A stretch of DNA of 64,000 nucleotides from an uncultured Acidobacteriota bacterium (GCA_963798315.1 CAWCTA010000025.1:158007-222006), one strand, 5' to 3'; positions 46,126 to 56,385 are shown, numbered from the stretch's first letter. Notes: generated by a model not told the origin, from the sequence alone. Numbers and translations: made by a program.

Positions 46126-46816
46126 CGCGCATCTCCACCAGGCGGTCGCAGCGTTGCGCCAGCCCGCGGTCGTGGGTTGCCATCACCAGGGTGATGCCTT
46201 CGGTGGCGGCCAGTTCCAGCAGCAGGTCGAAAATCTGGCGGCTGGTGCGCTCATCGAGTGAACCGGTGGGCTCGTCGGCCAGCAGGATTCCCGGCTTGTT
46301 CATCAGCGCCCTGCACAACGCGGTGCGCTGACGTTCGCCACCCGACAGCTTTTGGATGCGCTGTTTGAGGCGATGGGTAAGCCCGGTGCGTTCGGCGAGG
46401 ATGTGCAGGCGCGCCAGCGCCTCTTTGCGCGGAGTGCCGGCGGCTACGGTCGGAATGAGGCAGTTTTCTTCAAGCGTCAGGTCGGCGATGAGATTGTGCA
46501 GTTGGAACACGAACCCCACCTCATGGCGGAGGTACTGCGTGCGGCGGCGTTTCTTGAGGTCCGTGCCGTGGATCAACACGCGCCCGCGCGTCGGCTCATC
46601 CAGGCCGCCGACGAGGTGGAGCAAGGTGCTTTTGCCGCAGCCGGAGGGGCCACAGATCGCTACCGTCTGGCGGGAAAACACTTCCAGGTCAACCCCGTTC
46701 AGGACGGGGATGGAACCGTCTTCGTAGCTCTTCCACACATCCTCGGCGCACAGCAGCGCCGGCCCCGATTTCGAGGCGGGTGTGGATTGCCGATCGACGG
46801 CGGTTTGGCTATTCAA
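46106..46816 (-). CDS. ABC transporter ATP-binding protein (LolD/MacB type)
   Basis: GPSGCGKSTLL, GFVFQ, LSGGERQR, LADEPTGSLD, MATHD; probable TTG start 46816 overlaps the permease stop. Confidence 0.93.
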   Translation of the reverse strand: MNSQTAVDRQSTPASKSGPALLCAEDVWKSYEDGSIPVLNGVDLEVFSRQTVAICGPSGCGKSTLLHLVGGLDEPTRGRVLIHGTDLKKRRRTQYLRHEVGFVFQLHNLIADLTLEENCLIPTVAAGTPRKEALARLHILAERTGLTHRLKQRIQKLSGGERQRTALCRALMNKPGILLADEPTGSLDERTSRQIFDLLLELAATEGITLVMATHDRGLAQRCDRLVEMRDGKICE

Positions 46817-47921
46817 AGCGCAGCGCCTCCACCGCGCGAACCCGCATGGCATAGAAGGCGGGATAAAGCGCCCCCGCAGCGCCTGTGAAGCAAGCCAGCA
46901 GCACCACTGCCATCACCACCACTGGCTGGACCTCGGCATCGACGTATCCGTGGAGCGCTGGAATGAGCTTGAGAGCGAGAATGGCGCACGTCCCGATCCC
47001 CAGGCCAAGCACCGCCCCCGCGAAGGAGACAGCGCCCGACTCGCCGAAAATGAGCGTGGCAATTTGAGTGTTGGAGAATCCGTTGACGCGGAGAATCGCG
47101 ATTTCGCGAATACGCGTAAACACCGACATGATCATGGTGTTCGCCACGCCCAGTCCGCCCAGGAGCACGCCACAGGCGCCGACCGCCCAGGCCGTCGCTT
47201 TGAGAATCTTGAACTGCGAGTAAGAACGGTTGAACTCCTCGTCTTCGAGCGCGATCAGGCTGGGAAATTGCTGCTTAACCTGCGCCTTGAACGCGGCCTG
47301 GTCGCTGCGGTTCTTCAGTTTCACAAGCAGAACCGAGGACGTGCCATTCTTGTGAAAGAACGACTGTGCGCTCGGAAGGGGCATGAACACGCCGCCGTCT
47401 TCGAAGCCATTCCTGGTGCGGAGAATGCCCATTACCTGGAAGGTTCCGTGACCGATGGCCACCTGGCTGCCCAAGGAGGCATGCAGGAATTCGGCGGCGC
47501 GCTCGCCGAGAGCAATCGCATCCGGGTTGGCGCCGAAGGTGTCTTTGCTTCCGGAAATCCACGTAGCTTCACGGATGCGCGCGTCGTCGCCGGTTACTCC
47601 AAAGCAGGTGATGATGGGATGGTCCTGGCTGGAGACGATGCCGAAGAGAACCGGGTTGGCCTTCTCGACCAGGCTCCAGCCCTGGATTTGCTTCACCGAA
47701 GCGTCCGGCACGCTGCTGAAGAAGAGGTCGGAGATATTGCGCTCGAAGACGATGAGTTGGCTGTCGGCGGAGAGAAGCCCGGCGAACATGCCGACCGCAC
47801 CCTGCAGGATCGTCACCACGGTCAGCATGGCGGCGACACTGAAGGCGATCCCAGCGATGCTGATGAGGGTGCGAACGCGATGGCGGCCGAGATTGGTGAG
47901 AATCAAGCGGAAAAAAATCAT
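46809..47921 (-). CDS. ABC transporter permease (MacB/FtsX/LolE type)
   Basis: N-terminal TM (RTLISIAGIAFSVAA), large periplasmic domain, NTMIMSVFTRIREIAILRVNG, three C-terminal TMs ending YPA...EALRFE. Confidence 0.92.
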   Translation of the reverse strand: MIFFRLILTNLGRHRVRTLISIAGIAFSVAAMLTVVTILQGAVGMFAGLLSADSQLIVFERNISDLFFSSVPDASVKQIQGWSLVEKANPVLFGIVSSQDHPIITCFGVTGDDARIREATWISGSKDTFGANPDAIALGERAAEFLHASLGSQVAIGHGTFQVMGILRTRNGFEDGGVFMPLPSAQSFFHKNGTSSVLLVKLKNRSDQAAFKAQVKQQFPSLIALEDEEFNRSYSQFKILKATAWAVGACGVLLGGLGVANTMIMSVFTRIREIAILRVNGFSNTQIATLIFGESGAVSFAGAVLGLGIGTCAILALKLIPALHGYVDAEVQPVVVMAVVLLACFTGAAGALYPAFYAMRVRAVEALRFE

Positions 47922-48859
47922 GATGCCCGAGTAAGACTGGCCTCGGAAAGATTCGCGATCTCCTTATTGAATTGGACCCGAACATCGCGGAGGAACGCAA
48001 GTCGCGGACGGCGGTGCACCAGACGCGCAATCACCTGGCTACCCAGGTTCATCAGCCGTTCGATGCGGTCGAAAGACTCGGGTACGCCGATGGTGAGCGC
48101 CAGGTTGGGCCGGTCCAGGCAGGCATCACGGGCAGCGGTTTTGCCGTGGACATGGTCGCCATGCAGCACGTCCTTGAGGTCGTCGAGTGTCTGGTAGCTC
48201 AGGCCCCAGAAGGTAGCCAGGCGATCGAGCAGGTTGGCCTCATAGGGCCGGGCTTGACCAATGATTGCGGGAAGAACCAGCGCCAGGCGGATCAGTGAAA
48301 CCGTTTTGCCCATGGCGATGGACTGGGGTTCACGCAGATGCTCTGAAAGGCATCCGTAATGGAGGTCCTGGCTTTGCCCATTGAGAAGCCCGGCGAGCCC
48401 CAGGTGGCGCTCGAGGTAGCCGAGCCCCGCCGATTGAACCTCCGGTGGCAGTCCTGCTACCGACTTCCAGACCAGCGCATAGGCCCTGTTGATCAGCGCC
48501 AGTGCGGCCAGGATAGCCGCTCCCTCGCCGTACACCTGGTGGGCACAAGGCACGCCGCGGCGCAGCTGGGCGTCGTCCATCGAGGGCAGGTCATCAAAAA
48601 GCAGGGATGCAGTATGAAAGTATTCGATGGCAATGGCCAGGTTTTCAGAACGATCTTCGGATAGCCCGAACAAGCAGGCGATACGATACGCCAGTTCAGC
48701 GCGAACCATGCTGCCGGGGTGCTGCAGCGTGTCCCGCAGGGCTCCACCAAGATGAGGCTCGGTTCCCTGGGGCAACGGCAGTCTTGCCTGAAAGGCGCGC
48801 CGGAGGCGGGACCTCATCAAAGCGTGGTTTGCGGTTGAATCCATTCCTTTCGCTCCCAT
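47918..48859 (-). CDS. Polyprenyl (FPP/GGPP-type) diphosphate synthase
   Basis: FARM HTASLLFDDLPSMDDAQLRRG, GQSQDL, GKT, SARM YQTLDDLKD. Confidence 0.92.
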   Translation of the reverse strand: MGAKGMDSTANHALMRSRLRRAFQARLPLPQGTEPHLGGALRDTLQHPGSMVRAELAYRIACLFGLSEDRSENLAIAIEYFHTASLLFDDLPSMDDAQLRRGVPCAHQVYGEGAAILAALALINRAYALVWKSVAGLPPEVQSAGLGYLERHLGLAGLLNGQSQDLHYGCLSEHLREPQSIAMGKTVSLIRLALVLPAIIGQARPYEANLLDRLATFWGLSYQTLDDLKDVLHGDHVHGKTAARDACLDRPNLALTIGVPESFDRIERLMNLGSQVIARLVHRRPRLAFLRDVRVQFNKEIANLSEASLTRAS

Positions 48860-48956
48860 GGTACCGACAGTGTTCGGTTAGACGACTTTTTTGATGAAAT
48901 GTAGATCACCAAACCAGCGATTTCCGCCGTTCCACTGCGCGAATCGCAATCTGGGA

Positions 48957-48974
48957 GATTGTCCGAGGATTGTC
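48957..48974. promoter_or_regulatory. Direct repeat GATTGTC-N4-GATTGTC (11-bp period), candidate OmpR-family regulator box
   Basis: Located in the divergent region between the prenyl synthase operon and the yceI/two-component genes. Confidence 0.4.
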
Positions 48975-49268
48975 TACTTCCATTAGATCATGGAGTTAGG
49001 AGATAAAATGACGCCGTGATGAAACCTGCCGCGCTGTCCGTCCTATAGGACCGGTAGTGGAGATTCGAGGGTCGGCGGGCAGAGAAAGAGACTCGTAAAC
49101 CTTGAGTCGGATCAGCGGAAATGACGATCTCTTCATTCTCGGCCGAGTGCATTGACGCGCGCCATCCCCAACCGTCAGATTAGTAGGCGAGCCCCAAAAT
49201 TAAATTCTCGCCCGGGCGTTGGATCAAGCCTTGGAGGCGGCGTGAATTTCGAACGTGTCAGGAGACTC

Positions 49269-49880
49269 ATGAGTGGCTTATTTGTAAGTGTGATTTCGAA
49301 ATCCGGACCCTTGAAGCTTGGCCGCTCTTTGCTGGCCGCTGTGGCCGGTTTTGCGTTGACTGTCACAGCTCAGAGCCAACAGCATTATCGTGTCGATCCG
49401 GGGACCAGCGCTGTGCACTTCACGCTCGGAGCATCGGACCACCCCGTGGAGGGAACATTCCATGTCACTTCAGGTGACTTCACCCTCGATCCACAGAGCG
49501 GTGCGATGACAGGAACGGTGTCGGTCGACGCTTCCAGCGGACAAAGCGGGAACGAGGGCCGCGACAAAAAAATGACGAAGGATCAGTTGAAGGTGCAGAC
49601 TTTTCCGACCATCACTTTCGCGCCGGCCAGGTTCTCGGGGCAGTTGAAAGACTCCGGCGATTCGAGCGGACCGGTAGAGGGCGCGTTTACACTGCTGGGA
49701 CAGGCCCATCCGATCACCGTTCCCATGAACGTGCATATGGAGGGCGATCACTTCGCCGCTTCCGGCAGTTTTTCAGTGCCGTTCGTGAGTTGGGGCGTGA
49801 AGGATCCGAGCTTCATGTTCATGAAAGTGGACAAGGAAGTGAAAATCGACCTGAAACTAACCGGCACGGTGACCAAATGA
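49269..49880 (+). CDS. YceI family (polyisoprenoid/lipid-binding) periplasmic protein
   Basis: Signal peptide; YRVDPGTSAVHF, GTFHVTSG, SGNEGRDKKM, FPTITF, GAFTLLG, VPFVSWGVKDP; AGGAG RBS before ATG 49269. Confidence 0.88.
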   Translation: MSGLFVSVISKSGPLKLGRSLLAAVAGFALTVTAQSQQHYRVDPGTSAVHFTLGASDHPVEGTFHVTSGDFTLDPQSGAMTGTVSVDASSGQSGNEGRDKKMTKDQLKVQTFPTITFAPARFSGQLKDSGDSSGPVEGAFTLLGQAHPITVPMNVHMEGDHFAASGSFSVPFVSWGVKDPSFMFMKVDKEVKIDLKLTGTVTK

Positions 49881-49936
49881 CAACCAGCCGGCAAGCTGCG
49901 ACTTCATGCCAATCGGCTTGAAAGAGGATCGAACGT

Positions 49937-50614
49937 ATGCGCCTTTTGGTAATCGAAGACGACGTCGCGAACCAGAACTTCCTTGAACGTTCGTTAACCC
50001 AAAACGGTTTCCAGGTGGATATCGCGCCCAACGGAAAGACGGCGGAGAGGATGGCGCTGGCAGGCAGTCATTCGGCCATCATCCTCGACCTTGGCCTTCC
50101 CGACGATGACGGGCTTTCCTTGATTACCCGGCTGAAACAGCAGGGCATCCGCTCCCCAGTCTTGATCTTGTCTGCGCGCCGCTCGCTCGATGACCGGGTG
50201 CGAGGACTGGAAATCGGCGGGGACGATTACCTGACCAAGCCCTATGCCCTTCCCGAATTGCTCGCCCGTTTGCGCAATCTATTGCGCCGGAATGCTCCCC
50301 CCGCCGACAGCACGACCGTCTTGCGAGTCCTGGATCTCCAGCTTGACCTGTTGCGGCGGGAGGCCATCCGGGGAGACGAGGTTCTTCAACTTACCACCCA
50401 GGAATTCTCTTTACTGGAGTATCTTTGCCGCAACGCGGGTCGTATCGTGAGCCGATCCATGATCCTCGACCAGGTGTGGGGCATGCGTATTGAACCGGAC
50501 ACGAACGTCGTGGATGTGCATATTTATCGTCTTAGGGGTAAAGTTGATAAACCGGGTGGACCCCCCATGATCCGCACCATCCGTGGAGTCGGCTATGTAC
50601 TCCGAGATAAATAG
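49937..50614 (+). CDS. OmpR-family response regulator (CusR/CzcR-like)
   Basis: LVIEDD, ILDLGLP, GGDDYLTKPY, EFSLLEYL, DTNVVDVHIYRLRGKVD, IRTIRGVGY. Confidence 0.93.
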   Translation: MRLLVIEDDVANQNFLERSLTQNGFQVDIAPNGKTAERMALAGSHSAIILDLGLPDDDGLSLITRLKQQGIRSPVLILSARRSLDDRVRGLEIGGDDYLTKPYALPELLARLRNLLRRNAPPADSTTVLRVLDLQLDLLRREAIRGDEVLQLTTQEFSLLEYLCRNAGRIVSRSMILDQVWGMRIEPDTNVVDVHIYRLRGKVDKPGGPPMIRTIRGVGYVLRDK

Positions 50615-52082
50615 CTCCAAAGGACACACCGCGGCCTGGCGCATCTCGTTCTGGAGCACGCTGGCGTTCGCCGTGGGTTCACTGATTCTTTTCCTGTTTC
50701 TGCAGCGTTTCGCATCCCACGAAATTCAGCGCCGGACAGACGCCTGGCTCATGGGCGAGGTAGAGACCCTGGCTGACGTGGCCGAACGAACACCAAAAAA
50801 TGCCCTGTATGACCGGATTGTGGACGAAGTAGCGGAACTGGCTACGAAAGAGGTTCCGCTCGAATTACAGGCGGGAGGCCAACCCGACCAGCAGGCCGTT
50901 TTCTTTATCGAAACAGGAAGCGATAATCGCCTGAAGCTCTGGGGTGGCGGCAAGCAGGACAGCACCCCCTTCCTGACCGCAATTTCGCGAAGTCCGATTA
51001 CCCCTGGCAAGCCCATGGACATTTCGGTCCCGGGCTATTTTCATCCCTTTCGCGTGGTAAGCAGACTAACCCCGTCGGGAGACCGTATCCACCTTGGACT
51101 CTCGAAGGCGCAGGACATCCATGTTCTTCTCCGCATGCGTGTTCGGTTGTTTTCGATTTGCCTGGCCATCGTGGTGCTCGGCTTTGTCATCGTTTTCTTC
51201 GCCACCAAGCGGATGTTGGATCGCGTCCATCGCATTACCAGGACTGCCAATCGCATTGGCCAATACGATCTGCGCAGCCGAGTGCCGGAGGTTCGAGGCA
51301 CGGATGAGATTGCCCAGCTCGCCCGCACGCTCAACAAGATGCTGGATCGAATTGAGAATTCAGTCAATCAGTTGCACACCATCACCAACTCGCTTGCCCA
51401 CGACCTGCGCAGTCCGATGATGGCCATCCGCGGCAAGCTCGAACTGGCCCTGCTGGCCGAACATGAGAGCGCCGGAAGCGATCCCATTGCCTCGGCTCTC
51501 GAGGAACTGGATCGTCTCTCTGACTTCCTTACTAAATCGCTGGACGTGGCGGAGGCCAATGCCGATGCTCTGCGCATCCGCAGGGTGCCGGTAAATCTGG
51601 ATGAATCGCTGCGCTCCATGGTGGACCTGTACGAGCCCAGCTTTACCGACAAAGGCCTCAAGGTCCTGATCAGAAGCTCGTCTCCCGTTATTGTGTCAGC
51701 CGATTCCGCGCTCCTGCACCGCTTGCTGGCCAACCTGTTGGACAACGCCCTCAAGCATCTCGCCTCCGGAACGACAATCTACATCCAACTGCAGGCCCTG
51801 GCCCCGTCAGGGCATCTGGAGATCGAAGACGATGGACCGGGCTTTCCTCCCGAAGTGATCGAACATCCGTTCGAGAGATATGTGAAGGGGAAAGAATCGA
51901 CTGGAAGCGGTCTCGGGCTGGCCTTTGTTGAGGCGGTGGTGCGCGCCCATGGCGGACAGATCCGGGCTTCGAACGGCCCGCGTGGAGGAGCGCAGATCGT
52001 GATCGATCTGCCTCTCGCGGGACGCGCTCTTACCGACGAATCGTCATTCGAGCAATCGCACATGCCCGTCTCCCGGAATTGA
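50595..52082 (+). CDS. Sensor histidine kinase (2 TM, HAMP, HisKA, HATPase)
   Basis: DEIAQLARTLNKML, H-box LAHDLRSP, NLLDNALKH, EDDGPG, GSGLGL; overlaps the regulator stop. Confidence 0.92.
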   Translation: MYSEINSSKGHTAAWRISFWSTLAFAVGSLILFLFLQRFASHEIQRRTDAWLMGEVETLADVAERTPKNALYDRIVDEVAELATKEVPLELQAGGQPDQQAVFFIETGSDNRLKLWGGGKQDSTPFLTAISRSPITPGKPMDISVPGYFHPFRVVSRLTPSGDRIHLGLSKAQDIHVLLRMRVRLFSICLAIVVLGFVIVFFATKRMLDRVHRITRTANRIGQYDLRSRVPEVRGTDEIAQLARTLNKMLDRIENSVNQLHTITNSLAHDLRSPMMAIRGKLELALLAEHESAGSDPIASALEELDRLSDFLTKSLDVAEANADALRIRRVPVNLDESLRSMVDLYEPSFTDKGLKVLIRSSSPVIVSADSALLHRLLANLLDNALKHLASGTTIYIQLQALAPSGHLEIEDDGPGFPPEVIEHPFERYVKGKESTGSGLGLAFVEAVVRAHGGQIRASNGPRGGAQIVIDLPLAGRALTDESSFEQSHMPVSRN

Positions 52083-52317
52083 CCCTGGCGGGAAAAATGG
52101 CAATTCCAGTTGATTTTCGCCGCTTCGGTGCATATGATCGACACATGCACGGTTTCATTTGTTGTCGCCTCTGTTGTACGCTTCGCGCGCAGAGGTGACC
52201 TGAGCCTGCACTTTTAGATCGAAATCAAGGTTTCCGAGCGCCCGCGATCAGCCTTAGCTGCCGCGGGTGTTCTGTTTCTGAGCGCAAGTAAGAATCTGAA
52301 TGCGATGAAGAGGAATC

Positions 52318-54015
52318 ATGGCTCAAGCTGTTCCGGAAAAAGAAACCAAAGCGCAACGCGCTGAACGCCTGAAACGCGAGAAGAACCCCTGGGAAGCATT
52401 TGACGAGGTGCGCGCGTTTGCCCGCGAAGGCCGCGCCAGTGTTGTGCCGGAATGGGCTTCGACCTACTTCAAGTGGTGGGGCATCTACACCCAGGGGGAT
52501 GGCGTGGGTGCCACCGGTGGCAAGGGCGGCGAAGGCCTCGCAACGGAATACTTCATGATGCGCATTGGCATTCCTAACGGGATCATCTCGGCCAGCCACT
52601 TGCGCACTATCGGCGGACTCACGCGCAAGTACGCCCGCAACCTGGCCGATATCACCACTCGCCAGAACATCCAGCTTCACTGGCTGACTATCGAGTCGCT
52701 CCCTGAAGTCGTCGATGCTCTGGATGCCATCGGGCTGTCGCCTAAAGGCGCCTGCGGTGATGTCGTGCGCAATGTGACGGGCTGTCCGCTGGCTGGAATT
52801 GCTGCCGATGAAATCATCGACGCTTCGCCGGTCGCGGTCGAGGTTGCGCATCTGCTCACCGCAAACCCTGACTTCTACAACTTGCCCCGTAAATTCAAGA
52901 TCTGTGCCACTGGCTGCCCTTCCTGGTGCGCCTATCCGGAGATCAACGATATCGGATTGACCGCGGTGAAGCACGAGGGCGAGATAGGCTACTCACTGCG
53001 CGTGGGTGGTGGCCTGTCCAACGAACCACATCTCGGCGTTCGCTTGAATGTGTTCCTGCAGCCGGACCAGGCAGTGCGCGCCGTGCGCGGCGTAACGGAG
53101 ATTTTCCGCGATCAGCAGAAGCTGCGCGAAAGCCGGGACCGCGCTCGCTTGAAATACCTGTTCATGAAGGAGGGCTGGACCGCGGAGAGCTTTCTCACAG
53201 AACTGCAGTCGCGGCTCGACTTCACCCTGCGGCCGGCCGTGCCGGAAATTGTGCCAGAGGACGTGTATCGCGATCACGCCGGCATTCATCGCCAGCGCCA
53301 GCAGGGATTGAGCTATGTGGGCGCGTCGGTCCTTCGCGGGCGCATGACCGGCGAACAGCTGGAGGCGTCCGCCGAGCTAGCGGAGCGATTCGGGAGCGGA
53401 AATCTGCGCGCGACCGTTTCGCAGAACCTCCTGTTCATCGATGTGCCGAATGCAAAAACGGGAGAATTGGCCCGCGAGCTGGAACAGATCGGCCTCCACG
53501 TGGAAGGTTCGGCATTCTGGCGCGGCGCCGTGGCGTGTACCGGAACCGAGTTCTGCAAGCTGGCGATTACCGAGACCAAGGGCTTCGCGCGCTGGCTGGT
53601 GGAGGAGATGGAGGAGCGGCTGCCGCAGTTCGACCAGCAACTGCGACTGCACGTGACCGGCTGCCCCAACGGGTGCGGCCAGCACTGGATCGCCGACATC
53701 GGCATCGAAGGCAAGAAGATCAAGCATGAAGGCAAGCTCACCGATGCGTATTATTTCTGCCTCGGTGGCGCGGTGGGCCAACATGCCGCCGTCGCGCGCC
53801 CGGTCGGCTATCGCTGCGCTGCGCCCCTGGTGCCGGATGCGATTGAGCGGTTGCTGCGCCGATACCTTGGCTCGCGGCAGCCGGAAGAGAACCTGCGCGC
53901 CTGGTTTTTGCGCCACACCAACGATGAGCTGCGCGCGCACCTCGCCGGAGAGGTGACCGCGGCAGCGGAGCGCGATCTCCCCACCGGGCCCGTGCCGCAC
54001 GCGGTCGCTGACTGA
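52318..54015 (+). CDS. Ferredoxin-dependent nitrite/sulfite reductase (siroheme, 4Fe-4S)
   Basis: FMMRI, DITTRQNIQ, VRNVTGCP, LPRKFK, CTGTEFCKLAI and VTGCPNGCGQ cluster ligands. Confidence 0.93.
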   Translation: MAQAVPEKETKAQRAERLKREKNPWEAFDEVRAFAREGRASVVPEWASTYFKWWGIYTQGDGVGATGGKGGEGLATEYFMMRIGIPNGIISASHLRTIGGLTRKYARNLADITTRQNIQLHWLTIESLPEVVDALDAIGLSPKGACGDVVRNVTGCPLAGIAADEIIDASPVAVEVAHLLTANPDFYNLPRKFKICATGCPSWCAYPEINDIGLTAVKHEGEIGYSLRVGGGLSNEPHLGVRLNVFLQPDQAVRAVRGVTEIFRDQQKLRESRDRARLKYLFMKEGWTAESFLTELQSRLDFTLRPAVPEIVPEDVYRDHAGIHRQRQQGLSYVGASVLRGRMTGEQLEASAELAERFGSGNLRATVSQNLLFIDVPNAKTGELARELEQIGLHVEGSAFWRGAVACTGTEFCKLAITETKGFARWLVEEMEERLPQFDQQLRLHVTGCPNGCGQHWIADIGIEGKKIKHEGKLTDAYYFCLGGAVGQHAAVARPVGYRCAAPLVPDAIERLLRRYLGSRQPEENLRAWFLRHTNDELRAHLAGEVTAAAERDLPTGPVPHAVAD

Positions 54016-54024
54016 GGATTGTTG

Positions 54025-55396
54025 ATGAGCCTGCTTCCCATTTTTCTCAAACTCGAAGGACGCCAGTGCCTGCTGGTCGGCGCCGGAACTGTGGCCCTGG
54101 ACAAGATCGGCAGTCTCCTCAAGACCGGCCTGCGGCTGCGCGTCATCGCACCGCATGCGACTTCCGAAATCCGACAACTGGCAATGGAAGGCAAGCTGGA
54201 GTGGATCGAGCGCTCATTTGATCCGTCCGACCTCGACGGCAACTATCTCGTCATTGCGGCGACCAATTCGCCCGAAGTGAACGCGGCTGTTTATCAGGCG
54301 GCGGTCGAACGCGGCATCCTGTGCAACAGCGTCGACGACATTCCCAACTGTGACTTCTTCTTCGGTTCCGTGGTGAGTCGCGGCGATTTGCAGATCGCCA
54401 TTTCGACTGCCGGAGAAAGCCCCGCCGTGGCGCAGCGTCTACGCCACGAGATCGATACCCAATTGCCCCAGGACCTTGGTCCCTGGCTCGCCAATCTCGG
54501 CACAGCTCCGGCGCAAGGTTCTGGCCATTCACCCGCGCGGCGAAGAGCGCAAGACGCTGCTGCACCAGTTGGCGCAACGGCAGATCTGCGACTCCGAATC
54601 GTGCCCCTCGCGACGCCTGGCGTTGGCGCCCCTGGGCAAGCCGGAGCCCGACGCGGGCGGAAGGGTGTGGCTGGTGGGCGCCGGACCGGGCGATCCGGAC
54701 CTGCTGACTGTCAAGGCGCTGCGCCTGATTCAATCCGCGCATGTCGTGCTGCACGACGACCTCGTGCCAAACGCCATTCTCGAACTCGCTCACGTCGCGG
54801 AGATCGTGAACGTGGGCAAGCGCTGCGGCGTCAAGAGCATCACCCAGGATGAGATCAACGCGCTGATGATCGAGCATGCCCGCAACGGCCGCCGCGTGAT
54901 CCGTCTGAAAAGCGGCGATCCGCTCATCTTCGGGCGCGCCGCGGAAGAGATGGCGGCCCTCACCGAGGCCGGCGTCGATTTCGAAGTCGTGCCCGGAATT
55001 ACCGCGGCGTTTGCCGCAGCCGCCGCCATCCCCTGCTCCCTCACGGACCGGAACAGCGCCTCGAACGTGACGTTTTCAACCGGCCACCATGCGCAGTCGC
55101 ACAATGAATCGCAGTTGCCGCAACAGGAAGACGCCACCCGCGTGGTCTACATGCCAGGACGCGACCTGCGCCTGCTGGCAGCCGAATGGCTCGCGGATGG
55201 ACTGCCGCCCGATTTTCCCTGCGCTGTCGTCTCCCGCGCCGCACAACCTGGGCAGGCGGTCTTTCACACCACCCTCGGCGAGCTCGGTGAGTGCCCGCCC
55301 GTAGCGGCTCCCAGCCTGCTCCTCGCCGGCTGGGCCGTTCGGGACGCCTCTTCCGCGCGAGCCCGGGCGCAGGAAGCGATGGAAGCCACAGCCTGA
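54025..55396 (+). pseudogene. cysG: Siroheme synthase (dehydrogenase/ferrochelatase + uroporphyrinogen-III methyltransferase), frameshifted as sequenced by one extra base at 54501-54502
   Basis: LPIFLKL, LVGAGTVA, AISTAGESP in one frame; VGAGPGDPDLLT, RLKSGDPLIFGR, VPGITAA in the next. Removing one base gives LANLGQLRRKV and a 1371-nt CDS. Confidence 0.9.
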
Positions 55397-55518
55397 ATGT
55401 CCGGTGGTGCCAGACCAGCTGCCAGCCGGCCCCTGCCGAGCCCTGCCCTTTATACTGAGATGTTTGCAGCATGCAGGCGCACGGGCCGGACGAACGGTCC
55501 AGTGCACGGGAGCAAGAT

Positions 55519-56385
55519 TTGGCTGAAGCGGAAATCGGCATTATCGGCGGCAGTGGACTCTACTCCATGCCCGGCTTCACAAACGTACATGAACAGCGTG
55601 TGGAAACCCCGTTCGGCGAACCGTCCGAGGCCTTTGTCCTCGGCGAACTCGAAGGACGCAAAGTCGCATTCCTCGCGCGTCACGGGCGCGGCCATCGCAT
55701 CCTTCCCTCGGAATTGAACTTTCGCGCCAACATTTACGCCTTCAAAAAACTGGGCGCGGAACGAATTATCTCCGTCTCCGCTGTGGGCTCGCTGAAAGAA
55801 GAACACAAGCCCACCGACTTCGTCATTCCCGACCAGTTCATCGATCGCACGTTCCATCGCGTCTCCACCTTTTTTGGAAACGGGATCGTTGGCCACGTGG
55901 CCTTTGGCGATCCGGTGTGCGCCACCGTGGCCCGGGCGGCAGCGGATGGGTGCGCCGCGGCCGGCGTGACCAGCAAACTGGGCGGAACCTATGTCTGCAT
56001 GGAAGGCCCCCAGTTCTCCACCAAGGCCGAATCGAACCTCTACCGCAGCTGGGGCGCCGACGTGATCGGCATGACCAATTTGCAGGAAGCCAAGCTGGCC
56101 CGCGAAGCCGAAATCTGCTATGCCACCGTCGCGATGGTGACCGACTACGATTGCTGGCGCGAAGGCCATGATGCGGTAACAGTCGAGGAAATCGTCGCGG
56201 TGCTGCACCAGAACGCCGCCAATGCATGCAAAGTGGTCAAGGAAGCGGTCGCGGCCATGCCCAAAGAGCGCACTTGCGCGTGCGCTTCGGCAGCCCGCTT
56301 TGCAGTGCTGACCCAGCCGGATGCGATTCCAGCCCAGGCAAAAGAAAATCTCAAGCTCCTGTTCGGAAAGTATTTCGGCTGGTAG
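55519..56385 (+). CDS. mtnP: S-methyl-5'-thioadenosine phosphorylase
   Basis: [57 protein letters not shown]; TTG 55519 after GGGAG (track start 55471). Confidence 0.93.
   Translation: MAEAEIGIIGGSGLYSMPGFTNVHEQRVETPFGEPSEAFVLGELEGRKVAFLARHGRGHRILPSELNFRANIYAFKKLGAERIISVSAVGSLKEEHKPTDFVIPDQFIDRTFHRVSTFFGNGIVGHVAFGDPVCATVARAAADGCAAAGVTSKLGGTYVCMEGPQFSTKAESNLYRSWGADVIGMTNLQEAKLAREAEICYATVAMVTDYDCWREGHDAVTVEEIVAVLHQNAANACKVVKEAVAAMPKERTCACASAARFAVLTQPDAIPAQAKENLKLLFGKYFGW

Noticed and set aside
46782-48197. 471-aa plus-strand ORF
   Set aside because: Antisense to the ABC permease and prenyl synthase; no recognisable domain.
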